From: Hormiphora californensis
Lineage: Eukaryota > Animalia > Ctenophora
Length of the DNA stretch: 64,000 nucleotides
NCBI GenBank assembly: GCA_020137815.1
Contig: CM035361.1
Span: 4,526,001 to 4,590,000, forward strand
Reading direction: 5' to 3'
This document shows, in pieces, positions 44,760 through 59,300 of the stretch (positions within the stretch are counted from its first letter, which is position 1; each line of letters starts with the position of its first letter). Under the pieces are notes generated by a model that was given only the letters and a program-made list of their open reading frames with translations, was not told where the DNA came from and did not search any database. Position numbers and translations under genes: made by a program.

Positions 44760-47566
44760 ATGCCGTCGAGTGACTGCCCAGGATGGATCCTTAAGTGCTG
44801 GAACTGCTCCTTCTCACTCGACAATGCCACAACTACTTTTGGAAAAGAGGACTCAGACTGCTTGATCGCTGTAAGAATCAAGACTGATATAAATAGGTTA
44901 TAGGTCGCTTAGAATGGGCGTAAAACTAGTTCAACAAAACAGATTTCTAACATATTGACATCCCCCGCAGTATCGAAGTGTCAGTAAACATCACGCTGTA
45001 ATAACATGGGATAGAGTCAAGAAACACTATAAAATTAAGGAGGCACCTTTTTCTATGGGGGTAAGCAAATCATGCAATATGTGTAATATGCATACATTCA
45101 GCGTCAAAAATATACTCCTTCGAAGGTCTAGACTCTAGGTATGAAAATGGTCGGTAAGATTTTATTAACCTCTTTAATCTCAGACATTTGTTAACGATAC
45201 TCGGATCGGTGGGCGAACGTTTGTGTTGGTTTTGGGTGATTCTGTTCGTTTTGGGGCTGATTCTCCGACGTTTCGATTGGAAGTGAAACAGAAAAAACCT
45301 CAATTCGCGTCACCCCGGAAAACATTTTCAACAGGTAATTGCCATAGATGATACCCATATTTGCCTAGTTCGACCCTCTCTAGCTCTCCGTACCCCGAGT
45401 AGGAACATAACACACCTTTATTTTATCTCTCTAAAACGAAGATGATGTCCTGACATGGCGATGACTTTATTGTACGATGTACATAGTTATTAATACAGTC
45501 TCATAAGATGGACTTATATTGAGGGAAAGATGTGACAGGTCCTTACATTCTACACAGTCTTTGTGCTCTAATTTTCCTGTTATTTTTAACACAGCCCTGC
45601 CTTTTTAACAACTCCTATCTTCATTGAATCGTCTACATCTCTCACTAGCACTTCGACTCATTTTTCTAATATTTTTTATCTCAGTTCACGATATTGAGCA
45701 GGATGAATCAGGAGAAAGATGGCCAGATCAGACCCAATCCCAGACAATTGCTTCCAACCAAGATCGCTTTGTTATTACTCCAATAGGATCTTCTCCCGTT
45801 CAGAAGGTACGAGTTGGTCTCAAAATAAAGTGTAAAGAGTGTTCAAAAATAGGTTGTTTTCTATTGTTCAAAGTTTTTTTTTCTGTTCTGTTGCTGCCTT
45901 TGTTTTTGGAGTCTGAATAGTGAATAGTAATGTACATTGTACAGCCTACAGGGGGATCCGGGATAGATGACTTGTAGTCTGAATAGTAATGTACAATGTA
46001 CATTGTACACAGTATAATGTACATAAGGGATATATGACCTGGAGTTTGGATACATTCTACACGGAGGGATGGAAGGTAGCATGAGACGAGAGTTCATCAA
46101 GTCCACTACCCCTGGTGGACTGGCCCACAAAAACATAATCTCTTAATGCATGTCAGGACCTAATGATATCCATATTATGGTAGAGAGAACGATAGGAAAG
46201 ACAGATTGGAAAGAAAGAAAGAGATTGAGATAGGAAAGAGAGAAAGAGATTGGGAAGGAACATAGTTGGGGGAGGACTCAGGACTATTATATATTTTGTG
46301 ATATATAGTTCTAGTGAATAGGAAGAAGAAAGGTAGTTCTGGATACTCGCCAGCTGGTTGAGCAAACAGAGGGAAACAGATGTGCTGTCTGTGCCTTCAA
46401 TTATTGGTGCCACTATGCTTACGCAGAGAGACAAAGATAGAAAGAGAGAGGGAGATAGAAAGAGAGAGAGAGGGAGATAGAGAGATAGGGAAAGAGAGAT
46501 AGAAAGAAGACGGAAAAAGATAGCACGATATGTGTATGCCAACTGGAAATGGTTCAATAAGTAAGCACAGAGAGATAGCTATAATAGGGATACAGAGAGA
46601 GGGGGGATTCAGAGAGAGATACAGAGAGGGGGATAGGAATTTCAGATGCTGTTAGGGGCCACCTGAGCGTGCACTCTAATGGCATTCCAACTGCATCAAA
46701 CAATAATCTTTACTGAGGCGTTGTCACAACTTAAGCAGCTGATTCAGTTTTTCTCTGTTTTTCTCTGTTTATCTCTGTGTATCTCTGTGTTTTTCTCTGT
46801 TTTTCTCTGTTTATCTCTGTGTTTATCTCTGTTTAAAACCCAATCAATATATTCTCTGTTTTCAGTCGGTTCGAGAACCAGCGGCTAAGATAACATCAGC
46901 AGAACCCCCGGATATGAGAGACTCACCGCTTATTAGAGCCAGTAGAGAGATGGATGAACGGTCAACACGCTCATCTACACCAGGGTGAGTGGATCAATGT
47001 TTTCTGGCTTAGGACCCATTTACCTTAGTACTGTGTGTTTTTAAATGACTGAGACTGTTCAAATCGACATAGCGTCAAAAGTTGTGAATATTTTGCTCTG
47101 AAATTTTAGGACAAGGTAGATGGCTACCTGCCATTTATTGTACTCGAATTTCAGCAAAATCGGTCGTTCCTGAATGAACCTGTAGCCCAAAAACCTCCTC
47201 TAACTTTGAGCGCTCAGATCTCTGCAACCTGATGAGGTAGAGAGCTCAAACTTTCACAATATGTTCATTAGACAATTTACAATCTTTTGGCTGCTTGGTT
47301 TGGCGATATCTTTTTTAGTTCCTTCGCAGGAACACGGCAAAGTGGTGTAAGTCGGCCTAATTGGGAGCATTTTTGCACTCAGGTATCACGTATCGCGTGT
47401 CTTACTGGAGGTAATCAGCCCCCAACAATGTGTTACACCGATTCTGTAATTGGTTCTGAGTGTGGCAAAGTGTGGCGCTTCGTCAGCAGACGTGATCATA
47501 GTGTCTGAAATCGGTCACAAGCTGAAATCCAGACAAACTTTTCTAATTCTCTTCCTTTACATTCTG

Positions 47567-47635
<69 letters not shown>

Positions 47636-50600
47636 GTTACAAGGTCACGTGATTAGATGTGGAACATCTCGACACGATAACAACGTCTAGTGTCACCGAT
47701 TCGCTCTCTCTATCTGCTGAGTATAACTCTCTCGTCATGACGAAGAAGATGTGACTCTCTTCCTTTCTCTCTATTTCTCTCGCTAACTCTTTCTCTCTCT
47801 CCCTCTCTTTCTTGTCATGACGAAGCGCCACGCTCTACCACACTCAGCACCACAGCTAGTCACGTGACCTTGTCAACGATTTCAGACACTATGATCACTT
47901 TAACAAGATAGACAACGATATAATGGTACTAAATCAAATAAATTGACAGAAGCTTTCGAGATCACTGTGTATCACGTCTGCTGACGAAGCGCCACACTTT
48001 GCCACACTCAGAACCAATTACAGAATCGGTGTAACACATTGTTGGGGGCTGATTACCTCCAGTAAGACACGCGATACGTGATACCTGAGTGCAAAAATGC
48101 TCCCAATTAGGCCGACTTACACCACTTTGCCGTGTTCCTGCGAAGGAACTAAAAAAGATATCGCCAAACCAAGCAGCCAAAAGATTGTAAATTGTCTAAT
48201 GAACATATTGTGAAAGTTTGAGCTCTCTACCTCATCAGGTTGCAGAGATCTGAGCGCTCAAAGTTAGAGGAGGTTTTTGGGCTACAGGTTCATTCAGGAA
48301 CGACCGATTTTGCTGAAATTCGAGTACAATAAATGGCAGGTAGCCATCTACCTTGTCCTAAAATTTCAGAGCAAAATATTCACAACTTTTGACGCTATGT
48401 CGATTTGAACAGTCTCAGTCATTTAAAAACACACAGTATATTAGCTAGGAACCGACCGACACAAGTAAACAACGAATCAGAATTCGTTATTTAGGTCACG
48501 TGACTGGTTATCAGCCAATCAGGGACCAGTATCTCCAGATTCGGTCGGTTCCTGGTAAATAAGCCCTTACTAAGAGCGTTTTGCACAACTTGAATTTCAC
48601 ACCACTTGATGTGACCCTCCGGTTTGCCCCTTTTTCAGGGTGTTGATATATATCCTATTTCTCCACTCAGGTCCCAGCCACGATCAGAAGGGAAAAGAGT
48701 AGACCGAAGTAAGTGAACCACTTTTCTTTTTTTTCATGACTTCATCGTTCCTATATCTGTGAACCACTTTATGTTGCGAAACGGAGGTATAATATAATAT
48801 ATGTAATACAAAGCCATTATATTATTCTGCTGTGTGAGTGTGTGAAAGAGTAGCAGATGGTGTGAGTCTCACACTGTGAGAAGAATAAAAACTAGCCTGG
48901 AGAGAGAAAAAGTGGAATAGCGAGTGAGAGTGGGGCGAGTCTGGAGAGAGAAAAAGTGGAATAGCGAGTGAGAGTGGTGCGAGTCTGGAGAGAGAAAAAG
49001 TGGAATAGCGAGTGAGAGTGGTGCGAGTCTGGAGAGAGAAAAAGTGGAATAGCGAGTAAGAGTGGGGCGAGTCTGGAGAGAGAAAAAGTGGAATAGTGAG
49101 TGAGAGTGGTGCGAGTCTGGAGAGAGAAAAAGTGGAATAGTGAGTGAGAGTGGTGCGAGTCTGGAGAGAGAAAAAGTGGAATAGTGAGTGAGAGTGGTGC
49201 GAGTCTGGAGAGAGAAAAAGTGGAGAGTAGTAGGAGAACCATAAGTGATAAGATCACCGCATATAATATGTTTTATATTTCTGTGTGCGGGTCACTAAAA
49301 TTTTACTGCACTACTTTATTCTTCTCCCCCCTCCCCCCTCATTTTACTATTCTTCTCCCCCATTCTACTTCATCTAGCATCTTACTGCTACTTTATTGTC
49401 CCCTCCATTCCACCTCATCTTACTGTTACTTTGTCCCCCCATTCTCCTCCATCACCCAGGCAGACACTTCTCAGCCGATATTCTCAACAACTTTTCCCCG
49501 CCTGATTTCCGTCGGCGATCCTCTACCGCATCATCTCCAGCCGTCACGGACATAAAGCAGCTCCTCTACGGCGGCTTTCAGACGCCCTCTCCACCAAGAC
49601 CGCCATCCCCTTCAATCTCACCATCTCTTTCTCCGCCCAACCTCCCTGATGAGCCGCTGTCAAACTTTTTTATTGAAGAAGGATCTGAAGAAGGTTGTTT
49701 CATTTCGGCATTCGGTTCACCAAAACCCGACAAAGTACCAATTGAGCTTCCTGAAATGACGGTTATAAAACCGAAGCCAAAAGTGAAAGATCCAGAACCC
49801 GTGTTAGGGGAAATCAAAGTTTTCAGACCGAGACTTTCATCGAAATCGGAGAAATTTCGTCGTAGTCAAGAGAAAATGAAGGAGAGACATGACAGGATGG
49901 TTGATGCTTGTGAGTGTGTGAGCAGACACATGTGTGTGTGATTAGTGTGTGTGATTAGTGTGATTTAGCATTGATGTGTGAACTGTGAGCATTTGCATCT
50001 GTATTGTGGGTGTGAGCATTTAAGGTGTGAGCATTTCAGGTGTGAGCATTTAATGTGTGATTATAAAATGTACGACCAATTCCCAGCTGTGACACACAAT
50101 ATATTTCCAACTTTCTCTTAGTATGTGATTTATATCCAGCTCCCTCCCCCTCTGACCCCCCGTGTGAGAGAGATAGAGTTGGCTGATTTATCCCCCTCTG
50201 CTCTGACCCCGTGTGAGAGAGAGGTAGAGTTAGCATGACTGCCATGGCTTGTTTTGATAAGCGAGTCCCCTCTACACAACAAAAAACCTGGAGTGTCATA
50301 TCACATTACTCGAGTTAGAAAATAAAGGAGCCTGACAAACAAACATTCATTCTAATACTATATCGGGAACCGACCGACACAAGTAAACAAACAATCAGAA
50401 CTCGTTATTTAGGTCACGTGAGTATTTCCTGATTCGGTCGGTTCCTGCTATATTACTATTTAGCATGGTGTGAATTTTGATTTTGTGCCCTATTCTCTCT
50501 TCCTCAGAACAAGACAATATAAGTTCTTCTACAAATAATTTTGAAATAAATAGCCTGAACTAACCCTAACATCTGATTTTAAAACTAACCTCCCCTGCTC

Positions 50601-51931
50601 TCTCCCAGACAAGGGTCCTAAGGGGAGTGCACTGTACGGCCAACCAGCGTGGTGGGGAGAGGAGGATGAGCATCATAATCAGGGGATGACACCAATACAT
50701 ACTGCAAGGGTGAGTGTTGTAGAGATGATTTCAGAAAGGTATTCGATTAAAATTCGGAATTTCAGCGGCCAATTTATTATTCACTCTGTAATTTACAGAA
50801 TCACCAGAACATCTTACATTCAGTTAGGAACAATCATAGGACACGCCTCTAGATCATACACTGTATATCCTCTTACAATTTTTAGTGAAGTCAGGAGTCT
50901 ATATAATTTTTTTCTCTCTCTCTCTCTCTCTCTCCCTCTCTCTCTCTCTCCCTCTCTCTCTCTCTCTCCCTCTCAAACGACACTCATGTGATAGTGGTTT
51001 TTGGTTACAACACAGCAGCTGCTGCTTGCTGCACAACTCACTCAATGGTATCGTAGTCACCATTTTTCGAGAAATAAAGTAAATTTAATGAGAAAGGTTT
51101 GGTTTGGGAATCGTCAATCGTGGATTTCGGCAATGGAGATGGTGCATTCAAAATGTCATATAATTTCTTGCCTGGCTAGACTGTGTTTTGCGCACCCCGC
51201 GAAATGTAAAGGAGGGTTAGAACATAACAAATAATTTCATGATAAGGCGTGAATAAGTGTAACCTGAATCTCTCAACGGGGTTTGGGTTACACCGAATAA
51301 TTTTAGGACCTTGAGATTTATTGGACCTGACTGAACTTCAAGGTCCAAAAGAGAAAATGTTGTTTCCAGAACAGCGCCTCGGTCAACTTCTTAAAACGTC
51401 TGTTGGAATGAGTGTTGAAATAGCAGTATAGCGTTACTTTTCATTGCAACTTGTTCACTTGAGAGAGGGAGAAGAAGCAGAGAGATGGAGAGAAGAGTAG
51501 GGAGATAGAGGGTAGAAGGAGAGAAGAAGCAGAGAGAAGGAGAACGAGAGAGGGAGACAGAGGGTAGAAAGAGAGGAAAAGTAAGGAGAGAAAGAGTATA
51601 GAGTCTGAAAAAAGAGAGGATGGTATCTTAGTGACAATAGTCGTATGAGGCGGCCTATTATACAGGTATAGGTTTGTTCTTACAGCGATACGAAATAATT
51701 ATTATAAGTGCACATCTTATAATAAAGTCTGTACAGGGTGTCCCATAAATTTGAATTTTAGCTGAAGACAACCCCGGTTCTCTGTATAATTATTCTCTGG
51801 CCTCTTTTTATCTCCAATGTTTAGTTATTGGCCGTACCATATCCTGTTCCAGCAAAGAGTTACAACATTTCAATGGAATTTAGTTTTACGTTGGCCTCTA
51901 TCTATCTGTATAACCCTCTCTCTCCCCCTCT

Positions 51932-51971
<40 letters not shown>

Positions 51972-52640
51972 GTCTCTCTCTCTCTCTCTCTCTAGTCTCT
52001 CTCTCTCTCCGACGGTGCAGGAAGTGCATGGGATCACAGAGTACAATGGATGTACAGAGAGAAATAGCGGCCAATACAACGCTGCCCCTTCTCTCTCTGG
52101 CCCCTTCTCAGCCCCTCTCTCTATCTATCTCTCTCTCTCTCCATTATCATTACATCCCTAACGACAGGTCCAAATCCCCCTATATCTCCATGGCATTACC
52201 AAATGAGAACCGATTACTGGTATCGCTTGGTGCTTGATGCATCGATACAACTTAAACACTTGAAGTTTTGGGTGTCTATAATAGTGCCACAGGAAATGAT
52301 ATAGATGAGTCTCTGTGGCTCTGTACTGACAGCTGGTCTCAATATATACCTTCGTCTGTTTTTTGACAAATTAATGATTCTATGACACACGAATGTTTAT
52401 GAAAAAAAAGGACGGTGGGGAAGGATGGAGAATGAAAATAACGGTCGTTTTACCCGAGGGAGAATTAAGGGGCCGGGGAAGGGGGGTTAAAGATCGTGGG
52501 GGGGGGGGTTAGAGATGGACTGTGTGATATTGGCTGGTTATGAGATTGGGAGAGGAAGAGTTGGCGCTACTGGATGCATGTATTATATTGGACACTCCGG
52601 CAACGACAGCTGACTAGTGACTATTATCATCTTTCTCTTC

Positions 52641-52674
<34 letters not shown>

Positions 52675-53188
52675 CTCTCTTCTCTTCTCTTCGCCTCACT
52701 GATGTCTCCTACACGGTCACACTCATCGGTACTTCCACGGACCCACGGACCGTGACAATCTCCTCTCTCTCTCTCTCCTCTCTCTCTCTCTCGTCTCTCT
52801 CTATCTCTCAAAGACGCTCTCCTCTCTCTCCCTCTACATCGCTGACAAGAGAAGTCTCTCGATCTGTTCGCACTGAATCTCTCTTCTGTCTTAGCCCGGG
52901 CTCCAATCGCAGCTCTCTCTTCAGAGATGTAAATTTCTCTCTCTCTCTCGGCCTTAAGTCTTTCCTACCTCTAATTGATCATCGGAGCAAAGTCAGTCTT
53001 CTTGTCTGATATGCCCTGCCTGAGACTTCGATCAAGGTAGGATGGTAACTGCACGTACGTTTTCCTCCTCATCGTCCTCTGCTTATCTCTCTCTGGGCAC
53101 TCTAGCTCTCTCTCGCCTCTCTCGCTCCTCTCGCCTCTCTCATCTCTCCTCTCTCTCCCTTTCTCCGTCCCCTCTGCTCCCTCTCTCT

Positions 53189-53234
<46 letters not shown>

Positions 53235-53239
53235 TCTCT

Positions 53240-53323
<84 letters not shown>

Positions 53324-56300
53324 CCTCTTTCTCTCTCTCTCTCTACCTCACAAATGTCCCATTATATAAACTCTGTACACGCTGCACTGCAGGAACATAC
53401 TGTATCATTATATCATTCAAACAGCTTACACTCTCAATATATCTTATCATGCCTTATCATCCACCCCTTATTAATTCAGAGCCTGCATCTAACTAGTTTA
53501 GAATCCGTCTCTCACTAGTTTAGAAATATCCGTCTCTCACTAGAAATATATCTTAGTAAGTAAGGCTACGATTGGGAATCCTGGGTTTTTCTTCCTACCC
53601 TTGAATGAATAATACCCATTAAACCGGGCAGTTTCATCCCCTGCCATTCTCTTTTTATGATACCCGGCTGGGGCAATAAACAGTGATTCCCCCTCCCTTT
53701 TTTACGGGAGATACACCCTTTATTCCAAGTCCAAATAGTTTTCTGGCAAAAACCCAAAAACATCACATTTTCTACTTCAGAGAACTCCAAAGCACAGTCG
53801 ATCTACAGAGTTTGAGGAAGGTCCCACTAGCTACGTTGAGGAATACGTTCAGTCACCAAGACTGAGGGGGGATGTTAACTTTACCAGTACTCCCCGGGCA
53901 CACGAGTAAGTATTATAATGTGGTATAATTAGTTTCAAATCAAATCATATATAGGCCTGTCAAAACGTGTTTCGACCTAGAACTCATTAGAGGCGAGCCA
54001 ATTCCGGTTGTGCATTCTAGGTATAGGCCTCCTGAACATAAAAAACCAAAATGTCAGTCTCAATTATTTGGGGGGATGTTAACTTTACCAGTACTCCCCG
54101 GGCACACGAGTAAGTATGGTTTCACGATATGAATACTGCCGGTTTTTGTAAGTATTTCTCTAGCTCTCTTCTTTCGTGCTTCATGAGAGGGATTTCTCTC
54201 GAATATTCCTTACAGTGTCATGATGAAGTCTGAAAAACTGTGTAGCTACAATGCATTCTTTTTGACAGGGGTTGGAGAGAAAAAAAAGGGTGAGAAAAAG
54301 AGATGCCTGATATAAATGCGCCGGGTTCATGAGAGAGGAGGCGGGTCACAGTAAAAGAGGGATCTCCCCTAAAAACACACGTGTTTGTATTACACGTGTT
54401 TCCGTTCTAGACAGCTGCACATGTGAATGGCGGTAGAATTTTACTACAACGTGCTGTTATAGCGGTGATAGTTCTCTTTCTCTCTGTGGGGAAGTAGACA
54501 GAGAGCTGGGGAGGTCAGAAAATGAAGGGGTTTGTTATTTTGTAACCCTCCTTATTTGTCGTGGTGAAAGAGAGGGTCGAAAGAAAGGCAGGAAGGAGGA
54601 ATGTAATAAAATATAGAAAAGTAAACACGACTAAAGAGTGTTAGTTCGAGCGATGGTGCATGTTTGGTAGGAAACCAATAACACCTAGAAGATCACGTTA
54701 AAACAGGTCGTTAGTCTGGTGACTTGTTTAGTGAAATGAAACAGATCCGTTTTGTTCCATTCCAGAACAACTCAGAACCCCCCCCCCCCCCCATGATTCA
54801 CCACGAGTAACCTCCCCATCCCCCAACCATGATTCGCAAGATTCTAACCTGCATCCTCCCCCAGCCCAACCCCCAGCCCCATGATTCACCAGGACATATA
54901 TCATTTAACCACCCCCTCCCCCTGGGGCCAGGATCTATCATCTAACCCTCCCCCTCCCCCAGGACATACCATCACCCCAGTGGACCTGCCCGACCTCCCT
55001 CCGATTACAGGGGTTCAGAGTATAACATCGCAGCATCACCCCGGGGCGACCCACATCGGACCTACGATTATCCTCCCTCCAGGTAACGAGTTAGGAAAAC
55101 ATCTGGCACTAGTATTTTATGATTTTACCTACTCAGTACAAAGCTTCCTACGAAATTATTTTCATCTTTTTTTGTTGCAAAAAGGAGGAATAAGATTTGT
55201 TTTTAACCATGTCTTTTCCCAGTGTGGGAGTACCAAGTGATAGGGGTGGTGGAGAGAGATCCTACCAGCGTGACAGGTGAGACTGCCCCCTCAAAAACAC
55301 AACCCCGTGCCCCACAGTGTTGTTGTTTTTGTTAAAATTACTGCCGGCACATATCCTACTTGATTGGTCTTAGTTTTCAATCTTTGTATCCCCTAATTGG
55401 ATCTTAATTGCCTCTAGTATGTACCCTATCATCACGTCCCTTTAATTGGGGCTGCATGCCAGTATATCGTTTAGCACACTTTCTGTGAGACAGAGAGAAC
55501 TGTGAGAACATCTTTTCCACTTTCTGTGTGAGAACTAAGAGAACTGAAAGAACATCTTTTGTATTTGATGGCGTCTCCTCAAACTTTAGAGTGGAGAGAA
55601 CATCTTTTGAGTGTAAAGAGTTAGAGAATAGAAGCAGATGTTGAAAGGCGAGAGAAAAATTAGAGAAAGATTAGAGCGCATTTCCTCTTCATCCGCATAA
55701 TTAACCCCCGGCGTGTCTGTCTTAGATAGAGCATTGGCAAAACAGTTGTATCCGTGTGTCAGTTTGTCTGTAAATGTATTTGTAGAATGTCAGAATTACC
55801 AGTAAAAGCAGTGAGCACCTGTCATTTCAGTGTAACATTTACTATGATTTCACTGCCCCACATTTCATTATCTACAGCACTATGATTGTGTGATTTGAGT
55901 GTGAGATTACTGGGGAATAATTGATTAAAAGCACCTAGTTAGCACACGCACACAGTTCACACTGTGGTGTGAATATAATGTGTGATAACTGATACCCCCT
56001 GGGTGATGTGATTATAAGCAAGTTACACAGCTCACACCGTGGTGTGAACATGTTTGATACCCCCTGGGAGATGTGATGTGATTATAAGCAAGTTACATAC
56101 CGCGTGGCCCAAATTAAAGGGAGGGTACGTTGGCCTTCTTTTCACCCAGAAGTTTAATTTCAATCACTCTGATATTTTGACACAATGTCTGCATGGGTAC
56201 TCATTCGAGGAATCCGAAGTTTCAAATCATCAAAATTGAAAGTTCATTAATGAACTCAATTTTTCGTTTTTCGGGTTTTTTGAGGTTTTCTCTTGATTAA

Positions 56301-59300
56301 ATTCGATTTTATTATTTTAAAAACCGCCATACAATAGAGCAATTATCAACAAATGGCAATCTGCATTTTTGTTAAAATTGAATCAAGTTTAGTGGGTGAA
56401 ATAAGTTATTTAAAGATGATATTTTTTACCAAACATCGATTTTGACCTGTTTTGACCAGAAATCGGTAAATTCAGGCGCTAAAAATGTGTACGGCCACTG
56501 CACTTGATCAATTTTGATGTTAGCCGGAATTTAAGCTCTCTATCTTAAAATTCATTTTTCCGACTGGAATGAATCCTGAATGAACTTGAAAACAGGAATG
56601 CTTTTTGGAACCGGAATTTCACAGTTGCCTTCGGGTATCGATTTCCTTTCAAACGCGACTAATTTGAGCTCAATTGGACCACCACAAGAGACACAGTGTC
56701 TAGTTATCTAACCCTAGGTTTGGTCATCTGACACCTAATGAGACGATAGCGTCATTACTAAGTGCCAATAAGCAGGTGTAACGGTTGAGTATCACGTATC
56801 ACGTCTGCTAATGAGGATGGTCTACCGATACAGCATCCGTTAAAATGTAAGCTCTCTTGCTAACACGTCATAATTTGATGGGGATCACATGACTTACCCT
56901 AGGCTTAGAAAACGGATCACTGTGATTCTTGTGGTGATCCAATTAAGCTCAAACTGGTCCCATTCGAAAGGAAATCGATAGCCAAACAAATTTGTGAAAC
57001 TTTGGTACCGAAATATGGTCCCATATTGGTGTTCATGCAATGTTCATTCGGTCGAAAAAAATGAACTTTTTTCCAGAGGGCTGAAACTTCGGATTCCTCG
57101 AATGAGTAACCATGCAGACATTGTGTCAAAATATCAGAGTGATTGAAATTAAACTTCTGGGTGAAAAGAAGGCCAACGTACCCTCCCTTTAATTTGGGCC
57201 ACGCGGTAGTTCACACCGTGGTGTGATGTGATTATAAGCAAGTTACATAGTTCACACCGTGGTGTGAACATGTTTGATACTGCAGTGTGAAGGTGCGAGG
57301 TGTGAAGAAGTGTCGACGTGAGAGAGTAAGGGAAGCAGTGAAGAGAGGAACATGCCTTAGAAAGGCCATCACCAGGTGACCAATACTATGGGATGTTGTG
57401 ATGATTCACAATTATTAGACCCTTTGGGCTGTGACGTTCACATCACTTGAAATTGTTTCAAACTATTGATCATAAGAATTGTAGAGTGTACTGTGTGACA
57501 AGTGTATTGTGTACTGTGTGAGACTGTGCAGTACCTAATCAACGTACACGGATTGTATAATATTAGCTCTCTAAACCCTAGTGACTATTGAGTGTGTGCT
57601 ATAAGTCTCACTGCCCATATATGGGTTTAAGGGTACACCTCGGCAAAATTTTTGTCGAGTGCCCGCTTAGCTCTCCATATGGGGTTGTAGGGCATACCAA
57701 GCCGACCTCAAATATGCAATTTTAGCCCTTAACTCGAATTCATATTTTTGCTACAGCCCCTCAAAGTTTGACCCTAAAAACCGGTTTTTAAGGTCCCTAA
57801 ATTTTATTTTCAAGGCTAGAAAGCTGAAAATTTAGGGATTCATAGAGGATACCAAGGTGTATAGCTCAAACAGAAATTTTTTGAAATGGAGCTCAATTTT
57901 TTGTCTGAGACTATTTTACTTTTTTTGACTTTGAGGCCATATTTGGACATGTTCCTATGGATCGTTAAGGCTAAAAATTGGATATTTGGTGCTCCTAACA
58001 ATTGTCAAAGTAGCCACAAATTTTCAGGAGGTCCGAATTTGAAATGTGGCCTACAGGTTTCTTTTTGTAAAGCACATATTTTAGGAAAACTTAAAATGGC
58101 TATATCTCAAAAACGGTAGGTCCTAGCGATCTAATTTTGTGCTAAATCGATTCAGCGGGTCCGATTTTGGGGGGGTCGTCTCTTAGACATTTTGCTCTAA
58201 GTCTAACCGTTTTTTCAGAAATCGTATTTTAAGGTTTGTACATGTTTAGCAGAAATGCTTCTAGCTAGAGCTAATCTTACCTATTTCTGCTAAACATGTT
58301 CAAATCTTAAAATACGATTTCTGAAAAAACGGTTAGACTTAGAGCAAAATGTCTAAGAGACGACCCCCCCAAAATCGGACCCGCTGAATCGATTTAGCAC
58401 AAAATTAGATCGCTAGGACCTACCGTTTTTGAGATATAGCCATTTTAAGTTTTCCTAAAATATGTGCTTTACAAAAAGAAACCTGTAGGCCATATTTCAA
58501 ATTCGGACCTCCTGAAAATTTGTGGCTACTTTGACAATTGTTAGGAGCACCAAATATCCAATTTTTAGCCTTAACGATCCATAGGAACATGTCCAAATAT
58601 GGCCTCAAAGTCAAAAAAAGTAAAATAGTCTCAGACAAAAAATTGAGCTCCATTTCAAAAAATTTCTGTTTGAGCTATACACCTTGGTATCCTCTATGAA
58701 TCCCTAAATTTTCAGCTTTCTAGCCTTGAAAATAAAATTTAGGGACCTTAAAAACCGGTTTTTAGGGTCAAACTTTGAGGGGCTGTAGCAAAAATATGAA
58801 TTCGAGTTAAGGGCTAAAATTGCATATTTGAGGTCGGCTTGGTATGCCCTACAACCCCATATGGAGAGCTAAGCGGGCACTCGACAAAAATTTTGCCGAG
58901 GTGTACCCTTAATACTGCCCATATATGGGTTTAAACTTTAATACTGCCCATATATGGGTTTAAGTAAGTACAGGTTGATGTAAAAACAAGTGTGTTGTAC
59001 TTAGTTGGCTTCAAAACATTGGCAGCAATAGAGGAAAGAGATCGCATTATATGTTTTGTAGTGTATACAGAGAGACAGACAGAGTGAGCACTGAGCGTGA
59101 GGGGAGAGAGAGGGAGAGAGCTTGAGATAGATAGAGAGAGGGAGAGAGAGGGAGAGAGAGAGTGAGAGAAATACACTATTGTTATAGTGAGCTTGGGAGC
59201 AGGTCAGTAAAACCAATAAATCCACACTTTGACGTGTCATATGGTTGCTTCTCCTGGCGACAATTCAATATACATCTGTCCCACAAATTTTATCCTAGGA

